Assembly: GCA_964106915.2 (NCBI GenBank)
Contig: OZ066924.1
Source of the DNA: Podarcis gaigeae
Taxonomy: Eukaryota
Length of the DNA stretch: 64,000 nucleotides
Strand: one strand, 5' to 3'
This document shows, piece by piece, positions 24,501 through 37,010 of the stretch; positions within the stretch are counted from its first letter, which is position 1, and every line of letters begins with the position of its first letter. The notes beneath the pieces are model-generated. The model searched no databases. It had not been told where the DNA came from and saw only the letters and a list, made by a program, of their open reading frames with translations. Position numbers and translations under genes: made by a program.

Positions 24501-27105
24501 TCAAACAATTTGATGTTGATCTGTGTATTTTTACTCAGGAAATGAATTTTCAATTAACAGTGTCAAACTTACAGTGGTATCTTCCAGTTCATTTTTCTCA
24601 AGCTCTCACTAGTAGACAATGTGGCAAGGCTAAAAGCTGCTATGATACAGATATAAATCAGAACTCCTGGGCTACTAGATATTTTAAGTATATCTAACTG
24701 GGCACAAGATTTGTTCTGACTGTTAAGCTTTCCTCAACATACCTTGAAAAGCGCAACCCACACATTACAGTAGCATTTTTAGTTTACATATTCCAAATAT
24801 CTGGGAATGGGTTGGGGGAAGGGGAATGCAGAATGTTTTTTTTAAAAGAAATGTTTATAAAAAACAAAAAAAGGTAAATATGGATTTGTAATGATTAGGA
24901 AGCCGATTTCAGGACACCTTTATATTGTGTCACTAACATTAAGATGTAACACGTTTCTGAACCAGCTGTAAGAATACATAAGTGAGAATGATCTGATAAA
25001 TTTAGTAAAAGTATTAGATTTAAAAGAGAAAAAAGAAACACTGGATTTGTATACAAGTAATGCCAATCAACACTTTGAAACATAATCATGCTAAACCATT
25101 AAAACAGATTAAAGCTTCATTAAAGGGAAAATGAATTTTAGACTTTGTATCACACACTTGGTGTCTTCTGACAGCTGAAATAGTGACCTGGTATGGTACG
25201 GGCTTCCATTACTGAAATATAGCTCTACTGTTGTAGTAAATTATGCAGGACATAGCATTCTTATCTATGGCACAACAGTGATTGCATCAGATTATTAGGG
25301 AAAGGCACTCCCAAACTTTTCATGTTGGTGACACACTTTTTAGACATGCATAATTTTGCAACACAGTAAATCAGTTTTATTAACAAATTGGAGGTTAAAC
25401 TAACCACTTTCCAGCCCCGGTAGGAGCACGGAGAGCATTCACGAGACACACCACAGCCAATATGCTGACGTGTCACAACACACAGTTTAAAAGTTCTGCT
25501 CTACCTGCTACCTATTCTTCCCATAGCACCATCTATTTAACATCTTCTCAATCTCACAGGGTATGGAAAGCATTCCTGTCACTACAGCATCTGACACCTC
25601 TCTCCCACGTCTGCAGCAGCTGCAAGGCATGTGTGCATTGCACCCATTGTCCCAGCTCTAGGTTTAACCCAGAAGAGGGAAACATTCCTCCATTGTCCAT
25701 ACTGGCAAAGACACAACAAACAAGGGCAATTCCCATGGTCTTATCAGGTGCTATAAAATTTACTGAGAGCTATCATTTCAAAGAAAAAAAGAGGCAGCAT
25801 GTATGCTGATTGGACTATTTCACTGGACCAATGGAGCTAAAACAATATGTCATCTACACTGATTTCAGAAGAACTAATGTAAGTGTTTGTATTTACAAAC
25901 CACAGTATCACTGATATCTTATACCTCCTAGATATTTCAGATTTAGAAAACTGGTGGTGATGTATGTTAACAATGCTCTGATGAATTACTTAAGATGTCC
26001 AATTTTAACGAATTATGGATAAAATGTAACAACTGAAATTGCAGGCAACTCTTTGTCAATGGACCCTTAGACGGCTCTATGCTATTTGAAGATATACCTG
26101 TTTGCAACTAGAACTGGTGATTAACTTATTGGTGTCAGCCCAAATATGTATCACAAGCTATTGGAAAAAAAGAATTTCAAAGGTATAAGCTAGCGTTCAG
26201 ACAACTTTTAAAATAAAGAAGGAGCCCTTTTCCTATGTCTTTTACTAGTATTGACTATCCAACAATTCAGTAGATTTGGTTGTCTTTCCATTTCTCCATG
26301 AAGCAAATGTTGAGGAAATGCTGCCAAAATGATTTAACAATGAAATGTAAGTAGGCTACATGGATATTCCCATACTGAACAGCAACAGCCATTGCTATTA
26401 TCTCAGTGTGGAGGCAAGCAGAACACTGCAAGGTAAAATGTCAATCATGATGATTTTTGCCTGCCAATAGTCTCCCCTGAGAGACTTGGAATGATCTTTC
26501 TTTTATTGCTGCTTTGTGCACATGTCCAGCAGCATTTTTACCCTAACTGCGGATCTGCACCTGTTCAAAAGGCCAGAATAAGAGTAACTAAGTTGCTTCT
26601 GATGAGGCAAAGTTAGCAGCACAGATGGAGACAAAAAATTGCTTGGGGTACCAACTAGCAAAATTCTGAGGTGAGAGCAACTATTTGATCAAATTCCCCT
26701 CTCATTCCCAAGCATGTTAAGCATCCATCCATAGAACAGAAGTGAGAATCCATATGCAGGAGCCACAGCTGTTTCCCCTCTCTTTTGCCTCCCTATCTTC
26801 TCCCCCTTGCAAGGAGAAAGTTTGCCTTGCACTAGCCTGGAGAAGTTGGAGAGCTGTGCCTGCAGCTTTAATTGTGATGAAATTTGAGAGTTTGTTCTAT
26901 TTGAGAGAAGTGCTGCCCATAAACGTTTCCTCTCTTTGCACCTGCCTCCCCGCCAATGACTTGCCCAAAGTGCATGTAGTTCTACCCTCTTGGTGACAGA
27001 GCTAAACTTGTACCAACTTAGGAGCTGCCTATTTCATATTTTCTTCTTCTCTTCCTACTCTTCCACTTCCTTCCTCAAAAAAATCCCACTTCCCCCCTAA
27101 ATATA

Positions 27106-27480
27106 GGTAAAGGTAAAGGTAAAGGTACCCCTGCCCGTACGGGCCAGTCTTGCCAGACTCTGGGGTTGGTGCGCCCATCTCACTCAAGTGGCCGGGGGCC
27201 AGCGCTGTCCGGAGACACTTCCGGGTCACGTGGCCAGCGTGACATCGCTGCTCTGGCCCGAGCCAGAGCCAGAGCCGCACACGGAAACGCCGTTTACCTT
27301 CCCGCTAGTAAGCGGTCCCTATTTATCTACTTGCACCCAGGGGTGCTTTCGAACTGCTAGGTTGGCAGGCGCTGGGACCGAACAACGGGAGCGCACCCCG
27401 CCGCAGGGATTCGAACCGCCGACCTTTCGATCGGCAAGCCCTAGGCGCTGAGGTTTTACCCACAGCGCCACCTGCGTCCC
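27106..27480 (-). mobile_element. Sauria SINE, full length, young
   Basis: tRNA-like head GGGACGCAGGTGGCGCTG, B box GGTTCGAATCC, (ACCTTT)n tail, 12-bp TSD CCCCTAAATATA (27094-27105, 27481-27492). Confidence 0.95.
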
Positions 27481-27864
27481 CCCCTAAATATAACCCCCAC
27501 TCTATCTACTAACAAAAAATCGGGGGGGGGGGAATAGCACACTTACTTGAAACTAAACTCAACTGAATACAAAGTTACATTTCTAAGTAAACATGCAAAT
27601 AATTGCTCTCCAGGTCTGATGGCGACGAACTCTGGTGATCTGCTATCTTACTTTTATGATATTGTTCAATCTAGTTCTAGTATGGCTTTCAATCACTCAT
27701 ATCTTGGTGACATTTCTGACTATATATGCATTGGGTAGATATTAGATGTATCTCCTAAAATGAATTAATTTAGTTTTACAAGTAGAGTAGGTTCGCAAGT
27801 CTGTTATTTTGATAATGCAAGATGTTACTAGTTTTATTTGTGGTTAAACAAGCACAGGATTGAT

Positions 27865-27977
27865 CAAAACAAAAAAATTCCTTCCAGTAGCACCTTAAAG
27901 ACCAACTAAGTTAGTTCTTGGTATGAGCTTTCGTGTGCATGCACACTTCTTCAGATACACTGAAGAAGTGTATCTGA
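27865..27977 (-). mobile_element. Penelope-like element terminal (pLTR) fragment with short inverted end
   Basis: 9-bp flanking duplication AGGATTGAT (27856-27864, 27978-27986); inverted CTTCAGATACAC/GTGTATCTGAAG; contains a hammerhead core. Confidence 0.75.
27921..27958 (-). ncRNA. Minimal type I hammerhead ribozyme motif
   Basis: Minus strand GUAU-CUGAAGA-A-GUGUGCAUGCACAC-GAAA-GCUC/AUAC. Confidence 0.7.
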
Positions 27978-28702
27978 AGGATTGATATTAGTTCCATTCT
28001 CTCCCTCCCTTCTTTTCTTCTTATTTCTCATCACTTGAGGTAATGAGGGGGGAGCACAAGGGAGAATCGATCAGCACTGGATTATGATGTTTAGAAAAAT
28101 AATATACTAAATGCAATCACTGTAACAAGATCTTTGTGTGATGTTAAGTCTCTGGTGTGTGGTTCAGATGTAAATGTCTACTGATAAAGGAAGGTCACTG
28201 CAATTGTGTCCAGCTCCAGCCACATTTTTTCCAGCTAGATTCACCACCAGTATGTTGTAACTGGCTCTGGCAAATATACACACACAAAAACCAGATCCTG
28301 CAAGCTGAAAGTCTGCCCACCTTAACAAATGCATTACAGGATGAATGCTGCAAAAAGTGGCTATCATCAATTACAAAGCTTTTCCCTTATCCCCTGCTCT
28401 ACTCTTGAGAAGAGAAATGCCAGTTACAGTAAACAGCCCTATCCTATATCAATCCAATTGAGTTCAGTAGCACTTATCTCCAAGTGAGTATACACAAGAT
28501 TACAACCTAAATTGTATTCCTTTTCGGTTTAAGAGAGATTTGTCACACTACAAGTTTGTTCTCTAAATATTCAGACACCACTAATCACCAACTTTGTACT
28601 AAGAATGTGATTTTATATGGAGATTATGGTTTATTTTCAAGGACTTCTAGGGGATAGGAAATTTGATTAAATATAAATACAGCACATACGCAACAGTTTT
28701 AC

Positions 28703-29335
28703 CTTTGTCTTGCACTTCTTTTGAAAACCGTTCCCTTTCAATAGCTGATTCCCGTTCTATCCGTTCAATTTCAGCCAATGCATCCAATTCTACTTCATCA
28801 TATGGCGTGATAGTTCCATGTTGTGAAACCTGTTGATGCGTCTGTACCAAAGGATTTTGAGGTTGTTTTGCAGAAACTGAAGTGTTCGGTTGTAAAACAG
28901 GCACTTGTTGTGCCTGAAGGAATGCTGTTTGTTCATGCTGCGGCAAACACTGAGCAGCATTTAATGGGCGATTAATATCCTGTGGAGTAACTGGTGTTTT
29001 AGAAGTCTGTCCTGGATACTGCACATTAAAGGAAATGTCCCCTTCTGACACGTTACTGTTTTCCAAACCAGAAAGCATATCATCCTGCTGGTCCATATCT
29101 GAAGATCTTACACGAGTAAGTCTTAACGTAAGTTTAGTAGAGTCCTTAGATGGAGAGCTAATGATATCATACATTGCAGCTTTTTCAGTCTGGTCTTTTT
29201 CATCCTTGCCTAACTTCATTTTCTTTTGTTTCTTTTGCTTTCTTTCAGGAGAATCTAATAATATGTCTGGGGGAACATCTCTAGGTGATGAGTAAGGTGG
29301 AGGCTGAGACTGAAGTATTAAAGGTGGTCTTGATC
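28703..29335 (-). CDS. NIPBL: NIPBL exon 9 (GSRPPLILQSQ...FSKEVQDK)
   Basis: 633 nt, tctag/gtaaaa; overlaps ORF 28647..29219. Confidence 0.97.
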
Positions 29336-32306
29336 CTAGAATAATAATTCAGAAAAACTGAACAGTTATGTTGGTTCACATTTCTATGAAAGCACACAAA
29401 AATAGTCTTTATTAGTAATTTGTACTTGTACAGATATTTGCACTTACAAAATGGCAATTACTCAGTTTAGAGGAATATTGAGGTCTGTAATATTCACTAC
29501 AACCCACCTATAATATCTGCAGTAAAAGATGCCTGTAACTCCTAGCGATTTAGCAATCCACATCTAACATGAGAGGTACCAAGAGGTAGAAACCATTTTG
29601 GGACTGTGCTCAACCGGGGCAGGGCTTCAACTATTAAAGAATGGAGTTAATCAAAATGCATCCAAGGCCATAGGGGAGAACAAAGTTTAAAGATAGCTAG
29701 CTTCTCACTAGAGTCCAGTGATCAAAGCCCAAAATAATGAGCTGTAGACAGGCAAATCGAATTGCAACTAACACACATCCATACACACATACACACATGC
29801 AGCATCATGCGAGTTCCCTACTCTTAAGGATCTGAGAAAGGAAAATGACTCTAATAGATTAGCTGGTTTTGCCTCTTTCAGCAACTGGAACAGGCCTCTC
29901 ACATGAGTCTGGCATAATTTTTACATACCAATACATTTTCTACTTACAAACAGCTGAAAGTATTGCTTTTGCCATGTTGCCTACTGTTATTGTTTGTTAA
30001 CTAACCCCCCCCCCCAAGATTGCCCAGTTATGTGAAAGATGTTGGTAAAGTCCATTTGCCATTACATCCTATACTAATTAAAAGCATTCATTTGCACTGA
30101 CACACTACCCACTACCCTCCTGTGATATCTAAAAAGTGTCTGAAGTAACACACAAAGTTTAACATCCACAACAATTTCCTCATATAAGGTTCTTCCTCTA
30201 CTTAAGTACAGAGGTAGAAAAGGTGATTAAATTGTATGCCACTGCTGTATTTTCAGCTAGTGAAGCACAGTGATAGAGAATTTGTAGTAGTTCATGGTAC
30301 TGCCAGCAACTGAATGCTTTAACACAGTAGCAGATAGGTCACATTCTGTGAAGTAACTAACAGAAGTCATATTCAAACTCAGATTACTTAGGTCCTCAGG
30401 TTTGTGTAAGTAATGCAATAATGTTAAATTTAAAATAGAGTCCACATTAAAAACATGGATCTCTGCCTCTCTGTGTGTGCTTTATTCATCTTCTTTTTCC
30501 CTTTGCATTTTTGCAGTTATTTACCGCCATTTTTCCAGCATTTCTTCCAGCCTGTAAATTTGTGAGCCTTGATAGCATGTTTCTGCATGAGACACAATCT
30601 ATTAATAGTGATTAATCTGTAATGCCCCAAACTCTATATTCCAAAGGAATCATTTACTTCTCTAGGGCAGAACTGTTGCTGCAAAAAGGGCTTGCAGCCC
30701 CAGGGGAAAGTGTCACAGGGATTACCAACTAGCGCTGAATTTCAGGAATCACCAACCACATTCTAAATTTTGCTCTACATCTTAGGGTGTGTGTTTTTTT
30801 AAGTACATCTGAGAAGGCTGCACAGTTAGAACATCAGATAAACACACACTATTTAATATAACAGCACTCAAAGTACTTATATGAACTCATTCTCAGAAAG
30901 CAATTAGCTTTTTTTTTAATTAGGGATCCTTACTGCTCCGCTACTTTGTGATACAATAAATCCAGCAATTTAAAAAGCTGAACAGGAAGATTGAAGAATT
31001 CCTTTCCTATTATTATCTTTTTCAATGATAAGCATCAAATAAGGATGCTTTACATACAGTTATCTTTTACCAGAAAGGGAGTTGGGCTAGTTGACTCAGT
31101 TAGGTCCCATCTAACTCTGAGCTGTTGCAATATTTGTTATTTAAGTTACCAGTAGAGAATTTTGCTGAATTTAGGATGGTTATAAACAGTCTTGTCTTCT
31201 GAAGAATGCTTTTGCAGATGATTGTAGGTGGGGCTTGCAGAAATTTGGATTGTGTTGATGACCAGGCATCAATTCAACTTGTAAGTATACTCTACAGAGA
31301 TGCAAGAGCCCCCTTTTCCAGATATTTCACTAGGCAGCATGATCTGTCTGATAGCGTCTATGAGTGATTTATCCTTAGCCAAGCACTCTCCCATGAGCAG
31401 GGACATTTTCAGTTGCTTCTCTAGCCTCATGTTCATGTGCAGCCTCAATACATCCAACAACAGGTGACTCAGCTTCTTTGGTATCAGCAACTTTCAGGTT
31501 CAGGAATAATCCAAAACTTTGCAAAGGCTCACTGCTCCATCAGTTTGCTTGTTAATAGATAATCCACTAGTCAGGTAGTAAATCTACATCACTTTGGTAT
31601 TTATGCTTCTTTTCCCCAAATTACTAATAAGTCTTCTCTTAAGATGATCCTGTGAGTCTCAGGATGGTGCTTCACCTCTATTAAGCAAATGTTCTGCAGT
31701 CTCTATAGTTGAAATTCACCTTCACTGTGATGTTTCCCCATCCATTGACAATATAGTACATATTTGGGGATCCTAAAAGTGTAAGTTTTGCCACTATATC
31801 AATATTTCCACTAATTGAAGAAACAAATCACTCCAGATGGCACCTTCATTTTTCTTTTCCCCCTTTAGATGGGACTGGTCACAGTTGGAAGGGACTTTTC
31901 AAGCCCTCACCTAGTATCCGGAAATTAATTCACAGACTTGTATATATAGAACAATGAATATCCCATGTAATAACACATTGGAATTCAAAACATGTCAGCT
32001 TTTTCTGCATGGCAATGAATGAAAGAATAAAAACTTTGTTGATTTAGTATTGAGGAGTCACTAGTCACACAAACTATTACAATATGTTTCAGTGAGTATA
32101 TTGTCCAAGTACAGATGACCCCAAACTATTATTCCATAGAGTTAAACAAGTTATTATTCTATAGACAGTTAAATGCCTTCTCAATTATATTAGTACAAGT
32201 ACTTTTTTTAATTATTTGGAATAAAAGTATAACAAAGTTTATCTAGTATTAATAACAAAGTGGTCCTCAGGCAAGCCAGAAACTTCTAGGGGCAATATTT
32301 AATGTC

Positions 32307-32336
<30 letters not shown>
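32307..32336. repeat. (TAA)n microsatellite
   Basis: Direct reading. Confidence 0.9.
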
Positions 32337-32337
<1 letters not shown>

Positions 32338-33269
32338 TTATTACAGCCTGTTCAAGAGTCTCCAAGTAAATATATAAGTTCATTGAAAAGGCCCATCTTC
32401 TATTTAAAATGTGATATAAGATGAAGGCAAGACACCAAGAAACAAAGTTTTACATGCCATACAGGATTTTCTTTTATTTCTCCTTTATTTTTATCATGAG
32501 GAAAACGCCTGACCATTCTTCATGTTTGTGGACTGATGCTGCTCTTCACTCTTGAAAAAAGTGTGACCCCTACAAAGTGTTGATATTCTTATTCCATCCC
32601 TAACAACTTTTTCCAAGGCAGAATGGTTTCCACCAGTCTAGAAATTCTAGAAGATCAGCAGATTTGCAGAATACAAACCCTATGGAGATAATCAATCTAG
32701 TCAACCTTGCCTCCATTTCAAGGCATAAATACACTTGACAATCACGTTGAGCTAGAGAATGGATCATCTCTGCAGCATACATGCAGCATAACAGACACTG
32801 TAAAGATCTAATTTACAAGGCAGCATATTATAAACGTAATGCCACTCGAGGGTTGAAACAAAATCAATAAGCATTTAAAGTTTGCTATCAGTCTTCATAC
32901 ACTGGTTAACCAATTCAAACTTTCCTTAAAAAGGAAACACAAGAGCTAAAGGCCCTGGTTCCAGCTCTACCCACAGAAAACTAGTCACGCATAGCAAGTG
33001 GTGCCTCAGTGAACATCCACATCCCAATGTGTGTATAAAAATTCAGCCAGTTTGAGTGAGCCTGGATGAGCCTCTGCATAACATTAACATACAGAAGTCC
33101 GTTTCAGAATTTTCCCTGAATCAGGACAAACGGAAACATTCTTAAAGTCAAAAAATTGGTTTGTTAGCATCAACACTTTTACTTCTTTTCAAGAATGACC
33201 AGGAATAGATCTAATTCCTGAAATAGAAATTACTTACCAGTAGCAAATTATTAAAGCAGAACAGAAGTA

Positions 33270-33511
33270 CAGTGGTACCTCATGTTACGCACTTAATCCG
33301 TTCCGTAGGTCCATTCATAACAGGAAACCGCTTGTAACATGAGGCGTGCTTTCTCTAATGGCGCCTCCCGCTGCTGTCGTGCCGCCAGAGCGCAACTTCC
33401 ACTCGCATCCCGGGGCAAAGGTCACAACAAGGGGCATCTACTTCCAGGTTAGCGGAGTGCATAACCTGCAGCATTCGTAAGGGGGACGGTACGTAACATG
33501 AGGTACCACTG
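33270..33511. mobile_element. Tc1/mariner MITE, family A-related copy
   Basis: TIR CAGTGGTACCTCATGTTACG/CGTAACATGAGGTACCACTG; left TA intact, right TA mutated. Confidence 0.88.
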
Positions 33512-34296
33512 GATTGTTGAAAGAGCCAACCAGGCGTGGGTGGATGAATGAATACACACACACATCCCTCTCTAATATTTTAGGGGTAAGAACTAGCCTG
33601 CCATTTTTAAAATATGGTATTAAAGGCATGCCTTGGTCTAATACAGTGCAACAAAAGGGTGATATAAATTTAAACTAATAGTCAAGCCTTTGAAGAAAAA
33701 AGATTGTCTCCCACCTACAAGCAAAGTAGTGGTTATCCATTCCCATTAAGCTTCTTCTAATGCCAACTGTAAAATATGATCAACATATATGGCTCCTATC
33801 ATGCAAGATCTGCAAATATGTTAGGACAAATGCTAACCATTTGATTAGCTTGTGATTATTTAGGCTTTGTTTCTTCATCTAGTGCCCACCTATTCTTGGA
33901 TGTCAAGTAGCTGGACTTTTAATGCTGGAACTTGGTATCAAATCACAACTATTCCATTTTTCAACCACTTCTCAGAAAGTATCAGTTAAACAAGCTAAGG
34001 CAAAGAAAATAATGGAAGATGCTTTTTAAAAGTATGGAATAAACATGCACCATTTAATAATGGGAATCGAAGGGAATGGTAGGCATCACAAAGGGTGCAA
34101 ACAATGGAAACAGATTGCATTTGGTGCTTGTATCTGCCTCTCCACAGCCCCATGACACTGTTGGGTGCTCATCCACTGTGCTCAATAGCTAAGTGGTGCT
34201 GTTGCTAAATTCTAGGTTAATGAATAATAAGACCATGCTCACACATGATCTAATTGTTGATAAAGGTGCTGACCAGGGTGTGCATTACCAAGAAAA

Positions 34297-34905
34297 AAAG
34301 AATATAAGAAGAGCCTGCTGGATCAGTTAAATGACCTATGTAGTCCAGCAACCTGTTCTCACAGTAGCCAATCAGATGCCTGTGGGAAGCCAACAAGCAG
34401 GACCCAAGCACAAGAGCACCATTCCCTCCTGTAGTTTCAAAAAACTAATATTCATAACCATTACTGATGGCACAGCCATCATCGCTAGTAGCCATTGAAA
34501 GCTCTACTGACTCCCTCTCCTGAGCTTGTCAAATCCTCTTTTAAAGCCATCCAAGATGATAGCCATCACTGCCTCCTGTGGAAGTTAATTCCTTAGTTTA
34601 ATGGTGCAATATGTAAAGAAGTACTCGTTTTACATTTCCTGAATCTTCCAGCATTCAGCTTCTTTGTATGTCTACAAGTTCTAATGTTATGAGAGAGGGA
34701 GAAAAACTTTCCTATATTCACTTTCTCCATGTCATGCATAATTTTATAAACTTCTATCATGGAACCTCTTAGTCACATTTTCTGTAAACTATGAAGTCCC
34801 AAATCTTGAACCTTTCCTTATAGAGGATTCGCTCTATCCCCTTGATCATTTTGGTTGCCCTTTTCTGAATGTTTTCCAACTCCACAAAATCCTTTTCACA
34901 ATAAG
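34297..34905 (-). mobile_element. CR1 LINE 3' fragment
   Basis: ELENIQKRATKMIKGIERILYKER (CR1 ORF2 C-terminal motif) plus 3'UTR and TTCTTAT tail. Confidence 0.85.
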
Positions 34906-35039
34906 GTGTGAGCAGGAGAGAAGGGTGAGCCATATCTTTCCCAGTTCTGACCCACTGTGTACTCAGTGCAGTACCAACCCAGGCTAGAGAGATGGGATTA
35001 CTGAGGTTCATCAAAGCTCACTCTCCCTCATCGGGAAAT

Positions 35040-37010
35040 CTCTATGCCCCAGGGCTGGAACAGAGGGTCTGCATGTGACTCTGGGTCTTAGGGACACATT
35101 AGGCATGCTGTTTTTGTACCACCCACCAAGCTGCCCTGACTGAGCAAGTCTTGGGCTTGGTGTTGTAGGAATCTCAGACAATAATTCTGGATGATTTCAA
35201 CAACCATGCCAAGCCTGCAGTTGGAGCAGCTCACAATTTCATGGCCTCCAAGGCAGCTGTCTCAGATACCCTTTACTTTGTCTTTGCTCCAAGTGGGGAA
35301 AGGGGTGGTCTAGAAATAGCAGCGAGTAGGTGTCTCTGTGACTCTGTTGTCATGGTCAGACCACTTCCTTGTGAAGATTGGACTTCCTAGTGAAGCTAGC
35401 AGTATCCCCACTGCAAGGGTGGGGGAGCGATTAAGATAGTCTGCCTTTTGAAACTTAGGGATCCTGATGGAAACTGCTTTGTTTCTGTTTGACTTCTGTT
35501 GGGAGAATGGAGTGTGTGTGCCCATTATTTGTCTTTAATCTCAGCTTTCAATACCACTGACCACGTTATCTTTCTGGAATGGCTGTATGAGTTGAGGGTA
35601 GGTGGCATCACTGTGTAGTAGTTCCAATACTACTTGCATGATTGTTTCCAGAAGGTGGTGCTTGGGGAGTGTCATCCGGTCCCATGGAGTCTTCAATGTG
35701 GGGTTCCACAGAATTCAGATTAATCCCCCATGTTGTTCGACATCTGCGGGAAATCACTGAGTGGGGTCATCTCAAGTCTTGAGTGCATTATCAGCAATAT
35801 GCTATTGACGCACAGCTCATCTTTATATCTTCAGCTGCGGCAGTGGATATGCTGGACCAATGTCTTGCCTCATTAATAGACTGGATGAGAGCCAATAAAC
35901 TGAAGCTCAAACCAGAGAAGACTGAAGCACCATTAGTGGGTGGTGCTTAGACCTAGACTGGTGAATGGAAGGTAGCCTGCTCTGGATAGGGTTACATTCC
36001 CTCTGAAGGAGCAGGTTCATAGCTTGGTGGTACTTCTGGATCCATTACTTTCACTTGAAGCTCAAGTGGTCTTGGTCATGCTGCTTCCATCAGTTTCAAC
36101 AGGAGGTCCAGTTACTCCCCTATCTGGACATGGATAGTCCAACAGCAGGTAGCACTGTGGTCTGAATCACTGAGCTTCTTGGGCTTGCCGATCGGTTGGT
36201 CGGTGGTTCGAATCCGTGCAATGGGGTGAGATCCAATTGCTCTTTCCCTGCTTCTGCCAACATAGCAGTTCGAAAGCACACCAGTGCAAGTAGACAAATG
36301 CCGGCTACCTTGGCTGGAAAGAAATGAGCGCTGCACCACATAGACACCTTTGACTGGACTTAACCGTCCAGGGGTCCTTTACCTTTAGTCCAACTTCTGT
36401 TGTCTATGCTCTGTTGACCTATACATTAGATTACTACCATGCATTATATGTGGGGCTGCCTTTGAATGCAGTTTGGAAACTGCAGCTGGTGCACAATTTA
36501 GCAACCAATTTGCTCACAAGTGCACGACAATCTGAGCCCATAAAACCAATCCTGACCCAACTTTACAGGCTCCCAATTAGTTTCCAGGCCCAATTCAAAG
36601 TGCTGGTTTTGACCTATAAAGCTTTATGTGACTAAGGACCACCTTTCCCCATATGTACTGACCTGGAACATGTAATCATAATCTGAGGCCCTTCTTCAGG
36701 TACCCACCCATCCACCCTGCTCCATGGGAGAGTGGAATCATGAGAATGGGCCTTCTCAGTAGTAGTTCCTCACTTGTGGAATGCTTTCCCCAGAGAAACT
36801 CAGCTGGTGCTACCATCACATATCTTTAGGCTCCAGCCAAAAAAAAAAAAAAAAAAAGCATTTGGCTTTAAATTATCTATGGCTTCCTTGAATGGGTGGG
36901 ATTTTTTTTCCAGCTTTTGAAAAACTGACTTTCATATTTTTGGGGGTTTTTTTATTCCAGTTTTAATATATGCATTTGTTTATATATTGTAAGTCGCTTT
37001 GAGTTAACTT
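35040..37010 (+). mobile_element. L2-clade LINE, internally deleted and decayed (EN, RT and 3' fragments)
   Basis: ILDDFNNH (EN GDFN motif), AFNTTDHVIFLEWL, GVPQ...SPMLF, LDYYHALYVGLP...QFKVLVLTYKAL; stops and frameshifts; ends approximate. Confidence 0.85.
36144..36385 (+). mobile_element. Older, internally deleted Sauria SINE nested in the L2
   Basis: GGTTCGAATCC B box, CCTTTACCTT tail, 9-bp TSD TAGTCCAAC (36135-36143, 36386-36394). Confidence 0.88.

Noticed and set aside
27029-27451. ORFs over Sauria SINEs (also 58434-60241) and their tRNA-like heads
   Set aside because: SINE sequence; not genes and not intact tRNAs
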